DNA of 11,801 nt from Bdellovibrionota bacterium. Its GTDB lineage: Bacteria > Bdellovibrionota_C > UBA2361. The translations under genes and the position numbers were made by a program. The stretch spans positions 1-11,801 of the forward strand of contig JBILDU010000090.1 in the NCBI GenBank assembly GCA_044352465.1, in the 5' to 3' direction. Below the pieces are notes generated by a model. That model was not told where the DNA came from and ran no database searches. It was given only the letters and a program-made list of their open reading frames with translations. Shown here piece after piece: positions 7,788 to 11,801 of this stretch. Within the stretch, counting starts at the first letter, position 1. The number at the start of each line of letters is the position of its first letter.

Positions 7788-7890
7788 ATACCCTTCCAGA
7801 GGTGATTACGACAATTTCTTACCGTTACTTGAGCCCTCGTCTCACATTTTTTATGAGCTGAAATAGCTATGAAACTCAATCGGTTAGGCG

Positions 7891-8469
7891 CTATTCGTCT
7901 CCGTTGAGCGCTTGTCTGGCGGGGGTATCGCGTGTCACCTCACCGGTTTTGGCGCGGTGATAGTTGCGAAACTCGTCGAGTACCCGCGCGAGTTCTTTGG
8001 GAGAACGGACGCCGTAGATCGAGATCTCTGCGCCCGCTTGGGCCGCCGTGCCGATGTCGACATCGCCGTAGTCGAGGATCCGACCGAGGAGGTCCTGGTA
8101 GACCGTGATCGCCCGAATATCGGAATATCGCACCGCGGGAACGGAGTATTTAAGGGAGAGTTTCCCGTCCTGATGGAGGACCCGCTCATCGCGCAGTATG
8201 TAGAGATCATCGTAAAGTCGTCGCAGTATCTCGAGGAGTAGGCCCGCGGGAATAAGCGCGAGCCACCGCACCGAGAGCGTGGGGAGGAGGGAGATCCGGC
8301 TAAAAAGCCCGGTGTCTTTATATGCTCCGGTAAGGGAGTAAACGACCACCAGCGAGAGTGCCAAGATTCCACAGAGCGGGAGCATCGAACGGATTGAACG
8401 GCGGATCACGAGGAGATCGCTCCCCGCTGGCCGCTGCAAAAGTTCTTTCGCGGTGTAATACGAACTCAT
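7891..8469 (-). CDS. Membrane protein with bacterial PH domain (bPH_2, YdbS-like)
   Basis: Two hydrophobic segments (LPLCGILALSLVVVYSL; WLALIPAGLLLEIL) are followed by YILRDERVLHQDGKLS...VRYSDIRAITVYQDLLGRILDYGDVDIGTA...IYGVRSP, the typical bPH_2 pattern. I prefer ATG 8469 (GAGG upstream) to the TTG at 8487. Confidence 0.85.
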   Translation of the reverse strand: MSSYYTAKELLQRPAGSDLLVIRRSIRSMLPLCGILALSLVVVYSLTGAYKDTGLFSRISLLPTLSVRWLALIPAGLLLEILRRLYDDLYILRDERVLHQDGKLSLKYSVPAVRYSDIRAITVYQDLLGRILDYGDVDIGTAAQAGAEISIYGVRSPKELARVLDEFRNYHRAKTGEVTRDTPARQALNGDE

Positions 8470-8505
8470 ACCGAATCGAGACCTCAAAACTTGGCTGACC
8501 GGCGC

Positions 8506-8514
8506 ACTATATCA
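8506..8514 (-). promoter_or_regulatory. Extended -10 sigma70-type promoter element for the bPH_2 gene
   Basis: The minus strand reads TGATATAGT = TG-n-TATAGT, about 36 nt upstream of ATG 8469. No recognisable -35. Confidence 0.45.
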
Positions 8515-8521
8515 TGGGCTC

Positions 8522-8542
8522 GGGGGCTATGCGCGCCCCCTT
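8522..8542. repeat. GC-rich palindrome between divergent promoters, similar to 268-289
   Basis: GGGGGC-TATGCGC-GCCCCC followed by TT. Confidence 0.35.
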
Positions 8543-8551
8543 CCTTCAGCG

Positions 8552-8567
8552 CGGCAAGGTGTTTGCA
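8552..8567 (+). promoter_or_regulatory. Sigma54 (RpoN) -24/-12 promoter for the flagellar rod operon
   Basis: CGGCAA-GGTGT-TTGCA versus consensus TGGCAC-N5-TTGCW; exact GG-N10-GC spacing (GG 8553-8554, GC 8565-8566). Correctly oriented upstream of flagellar genes. Confidence 0.65.
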
Positions 8568-8638
8568 TTTCTACCCATTACCGCCACCCCTTTGGCGCTG
8601 AATCCGATTGTTTTGAGGTGGTTACACCGATCGGCGGC

Positions 8639-8682
8639 GACAAATTCGTGACGGAAACCGGCCCCGCTGTCGGGAGTTTGAC
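8639..8682. promoter_or_regulatory. Two FleQ/FlrA-box-like 14-bp sites (candidate downstream enhancer)
   Basis: GACAAATTCGTGAC (8639-8652) and GTCGGGAGTTTGAC (8669-8682), 30 bp apart. Both resemble the GTC-N8-GAC / ...TTGAC FleQ box. Confidence 0.4.
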
Positions 8683-8744
8683 AGCCTGCCGATGTCGGTC
8701 GTTTATCTCCCGCCGGTAAGGTTCGGGATAACTGACGAGGTTTT

Positions 8745-9614
8745 ATGACTCATTTAGAATGGTGGAAACTCGGCGCTGATATCCTGCTCTTGGGGGCGCT
8801 CGTCTGGTTGAGCTTTCACCTGACACGTTCGCGTCAGACCGTGGCGGTACCGAGTCGACAAGGGCTCGACCTTGAGCGGACGTTACGCGGGCTGATTAAA
8901 GAGGCTGACCTTGCGAGCTCGTCGCTCCAAGACCAGCTCCTCCGTCGGCAGCAGTCGTTGGAGAAGGTTCTGCGTGAACTTGAGGCGACCGAGCAGCGGG
9001 TCACTCGGGCGGTTCAAAGCGCTGAAACACGGGTGGCCACGAGTGGTGTAGCGGCGAGTGGCCCGAGCGTGGCCGCACGATCGCAACCCCGGGATTTTGG
9101 AATGCCGGAGGCCCCGAGCTTCAATGCCGTTGGGCCCCGATCTCAGCCGCCCGTTACTCCACCGTCGGCTCGCCCTCAGACGAATATCTACGGCGAGATC
9201 GTTGCACCGAGCGAGGCGCAAAGGGCTGAGTCCGCGCCGCCCCCGGCGAAGTCAACCCCACTTGCGGCAGCGATTGAGCGTGAGGTGGTTCCCTCCCAGC
9301 GGTCCGCAGCGGCAGCCGCGCGCTCGGCCCGCTCGGCTCCGGCTGAATCGTTAAGTGAGGTTCGGCGCGCCGCCGAGGAGCTTTTACGGGCCGGCAAGGA
9401 TCTCGAGTTTGTGGCCCGTCGCACGAATCTCTCGATTGATGAAGTACGACTTATCTCCAACGGGGTTGGTCGGTCGACAGCCGTGCGGGAGGGGAAGGCC
9501 GTGGTGCCGTCACCGATCGTTGAGGATCCGGCGGCCGTTGCGGCGGCGGTGGCGACCCCTGATCCGCGTCTCGGCGTTCTCTCGCCGATTCGTCGGAGCA
9601 TCGAAACGATTTAG
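8745..9614 (+). CDS. Flagellar-associated single-pass membrane protein, DUF2802-like (FipA/SwrB-type architecture)
   Basis: N-terminal TM (LGADILLLGALVWLSF), coiled coil (LERTLRGLIKE...LEKVLRELEATEQRV), Pro/Ala/Ser-rich linker, and C-terminal HTH-like AEELLRAGKDLEFVARRTNLSIDEVRLI. GAGG RBS; first gene before flgF. Confidence 0.65.
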   Translation: MTHLEWWKLGADILLLGALVWLSFHLTRSRQTVAVPSRQGLDLERTLRGLIKEADLASSSLQDQLLRRQQSLEKVLRELEATEQRVTRAVQSAETRVATSGVAASGPSVAARSQPRDFGMPEAPSFNAVGPRSQPPVTPPSARPQTNIYGEIVAPSEAQRAESAPPPAKSTPLAAAIEREVVPSQRSAAAAARSARSAPAESLSEVRRAAEELLRAGKDLEFVARRTNLSIDEVRLISNGVGRSTAVREGKAVVPSPIVEDPAAVAAAVATPDPRLGVLSPIRRSIETI

Positions 9615-9638
9615 CGCAGCGAGGCGTAGGAGAAGAGC

Positions 9639-10400
9639 ATGGATAGCGCAACATACACAGCCGCGTCGAACGGGATCGCGCAGATTCACAAGCTAGACTT
9701 GGTGAGTAATAACCTGGCGAACGTCAACACCCCGGGGTTCAAACGCCAGATTATGATCGCTGAGCCCCAGGAGTTTGAGCGTACCTTAGCGAGCGCTCAA
9801 AACCTTGACGAACTAGCGGCGCAGGATATAGCCCGCACTGCCGGGGTGGCCAGTTTACGCACACAGACCGACTTTTCCCCCGGTCCGATCAAAAATACCG
9901 GCAATGTCTTCGACGTGGCGTTACGCAATCCGAAGGACTTTTTTGTGGTGGCGACACCCAACGGGACCGAATACACCCGGGCGGGAAACTTCACCTTGAA
10001 TGCCAACGGCGAGATGGTTACCCACGATGGGCTCGTGGTTCAAGGTGATGGTGGTCCCATCACGGTGAACGGACCGGGAGCTTCGATTAGTCCAGCGGGG
10101 ATCGTGCGGACTCGAGCGGGCGATGTAGGACGGCTTCAAGTGGTGCGTTTCGAAGATACCGGTGGTCTGGAGCGCACCTCGGCGGCTCGTTTCACCCTCA
10201 AAGGTGGTGGTGCAGGCCCGGCCCCCGTGGAAGCTGACTTGGTGCCTCAAGCGCTCGAGATGTCGAACGTCTCAGCGATCACGGGAGTGCTGGGAATTAT
10301 TTCGGCTAATCGGGCCTTCCAAGCGTATGCGAAATCGGCTGAGACGATCGATTCGATCAATCAGGCCGCGATCTCACAGCTCGGTAAACCGAGATATTAA
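9639..10400 (+). CDS. flgF: Flagellar basal-body rod protein FlgF
   Basis: SNNLANVNTPGFK, TGNVFDVAL, YTRAGNF and LEMSNV. Lacks the FlgG-specific insert; 253 aa; lies directly before flgG; AGGAG RBS. Confidence 0.88.
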   Translation: MDSATYTAASNGIAQIHKLDLVSNNLANVNTPGFKRQIMIAEPQEFERTLASAQNLDELAAQDIARTAGVASLRTQTDFSPGPIKNTGNVFDVALRNPKDFFVVATPNGTEYTRAGNFTLNANGEMVTHDGLVVQGDGGPITVNGPGASISPAGIVRTRAGDVGRLQVVRFEDTGGLERTSAARFTLKGGGAGPAPVEADLVPQALEMSNVSAITGVLGIISANRAFQAYAKSAETIDSINQAAISQLGKPRY

Positions 10401-10416
10401 GCGATAGGAGAAAACG

Positions 10417-11205
10417 ATGATTCGCGCCCTATATAGCTCCTCGACCGGCATGAATGCTCAAGAGGCGAATATCGATGTCATCGCGAACAATCTCGCGAAC
10501 GTGAACACGACCGGATATAAAAAGAGCCGGGCGGAGTTTCAAGACCTCGTCTACCAGTATGTGGTTGAGCCGGGAGCTGCGACGTCGTCGACCACGCAGA
10601 GCCCCAGCGGAATCCAGATCGGTCTCGGGGTGAAAACTGCCTCCGTACAAAAAGTCTTCACCCAAGGTGACCTCACCAATACCGGGAATCAGCTCGATGT
10701 CGCGGTTCAGGGGGATGGCTTTTTTCAGGTGCAGATGCCTGATGGAACGACCGCGTATACTCGCTCCGGTTCGTTCCAGCTCAACAGCCAGGGGCAGCTG
10801 GTGACCACCGACGGATATCCGGTACTCGGACCGGGGAGTATCCCCTCGGATGCGCTCGCAATTACGATCGGGGAGGACGGTACGGTGAACGTGCGCCAGC
10901 CTGGGTCGGCGACACCGAGTCAGATCGGTCAGTTTGCCGCCGCGCGCTTCCCCAACAACGGTGGCTTGCGCGCCATCGGGCGAAACCTCTACGAAGAAAC
11001 CGGCTCCTCAGGTTCGCCGATTACGGGGACATTTGGCACCGATGGAGTGGGTCGATTGTCGCAGGGTTTTTTGGAGAGTAGCAACGTGAGCGTGGTGGAG
11101 CAGGTTGTCAACATGATCTCGGCCCAGCGAGCGTATGAAGCGTCGTCGAAGGGCATTCAAGCGGCCGATGAGATGCTCGGTCAAGCCATCAATATGAGGA
11201 GATAG
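10417..11205 (+). CDS. flgG: Flagellar basal-body distal rod protein FlgG
   Basis: MIRALY...ANNLANVNTTGYKKSRAEFQDLVYQ, FlgG-specific PGA...PSGIQIGLGV segment, YTRSGSF, GRNLYEET..SG and QGFLESSNV...QRAYE; 262 aa; AGGAG RBS. Confidence 0.97.
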   Translation: MIRALYSSSTGMNAQEANIDVIANNLANVNTTGYKKSRAEFQDLVYQYVVEPGAATSSTTQSPSGIQIGLGVKTASVQKVFTQGDLTNTGNQLDVAVQGDGFFQVQMPDGTTAYTRSGSFQLNSQGQLVTTDGYPVLGPGSIPSDALAITIGEDGTVNVRQPGSATPSQIGQFAAARFPNNGGLRAIGRNLYEETGSSGSPITGTFGTDGVGRLSQGFLESSNVSVVEQVVNMISAQRAYEASSKGIQAADEMLGQAINMRR

Positions 11206-11209
11206 TGCG

Positions 11210-11801
11210 ATGATGTTCCGACCTCGTGTTGCAGTAATCCTGGGAGCGCTCGTCGGCGTTGTCGTAACACCGACGTTCGCCGAGTCTCCGCAGCCACCGC
11301 AGCGGACTATCTCGATCGTTGGCCGACCGTTGAGTGTCGTCACCGCCACCGAGATACGGCTCGGAGACCTGGCCGAGATCTCCTCCTCAGCCGCCACTGA
11401 TGACGAGGCGATTATCGCCCTTCAAAAGGTCGTTCTGGCGGAGAGCCCCGCACCCGGCCGAGAGACGGCGATCGCTGCAGCGAAAGTGATCGATCGGATG
11501 AAAGCTGCCGGTGTAGATGTGAACGCGATCGGTTATACGTTTCCGCAACAGATGTTGGCGAAAAGAGCGGCCCGCTCCGTGACGGAGGCCGAGGTGATAC
11601 AAGCGATCGAAGGAGCCACCAGTAAATCAGGTCGCGAGATCGTGATTAAGCGGGTGAGTCTCGGTGGTGATATTCAGGTCGCGCCGGGTGATGTCGTCGC
11701 CGAGGCGGTGCCGTTTACGGCCCGTGGTTCGGGGCGTCTTGGATTTACCATCAAGATGCGCGATGAGCGGGGGGAAAGCACGGCCTTTAACGTCGAAGCG
11801 T
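11210..11801 (+). CDS. flgA: Flagellar P-ring formation chaperone FlgA, long form (5' part, truncated by the window edge)
   Basis: ATG at 11210 (or 11213), with AGGAG inside the flgG 3' end; the frame stays open to the end of the window: MMFRPRVAVILGALVGVVVTPTFA|ESPQ...EIRLGDLAEI...VVLAESPAPGRE... It has a signal peptide and the IxLGDLA / SPxPG N-terminal motifs of long FlgA proteins, and follows flgG. The diagnostic SAF domain would lie beyond the window. Confidence 0.8.
   Translation, partial: MMFRPRVAVILGALVGVVVTPTFAESPQPPQRTISIVGRPLSVVTATEIRLGDLAEISSSAATDDEAIIALQKVVLAESPAPGRETAIAAAKVIDRMKAAGVDVNAIGYTFPQQMLAKRAARSVTEAEVIQAIEGATSKSGREIVIKRVSLGGDIQVAPGDVVAEAVPFTARGSGRLGFTIKMRDERGESTAFNVEA

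Noticed and set aside
8596..8692. c-di-AMP (ydaO), c-di-GMP-I or cobalamin riboswitch in the flagellar leader
   Set aside because: Only isolated words match (GCTGAATCC, GACAGC, CCTGCC); the core consensus elements and spacing are absent.
1..11801. CRISPR array, transposase/integrase, prophage or defence genes
   Set aside because: No regularly spaced repeats, and no ORF has the corresponding motifs.

Overview
Bacterial chromosomal segment, GC-rich and almost entirely coding, with no mobile element, CRISPR array, rRNA or tRNA that I can support. In order it holds the 3' end of a TPR-like gene, then a + strand group (SCP2 lipid-binding protein, stand-alone receiver, orphan SufU-type protein). 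A - strand run follows: bPH_2 membrane protein, NarL/LuxR response regulator, Old Yellow Enzyme (NemA-like), TetR, and a pseudoREC-GAF-PAS-PAS-PAS-HisKA-HATPase-REC hybrid kinase. Divergent from that run is a flagellar rod operon: a DUF2802/FipA-SwrB-like membrane protein, flgF, flgG and a partial long-form flgA. This gene order is suggestive of a former-Deltaproteobacteria lineage (inference only). The most interesting signals are: (i) a sigma54 promoter with downstream FleQ-box-like palindromes leading the flagellar operon; (ii) a long-range inverted repeat that could sequester the OYE ribosome-binding site right after the LuxR stop codon; (iii) a possible thiol/electrophile-sensing module linking OYE, TetR, a kinase with a dead Cys-containing receiver, and an 8-Cys orphan SufU. 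All family calls come from motif recognition by eye; no searches were run.
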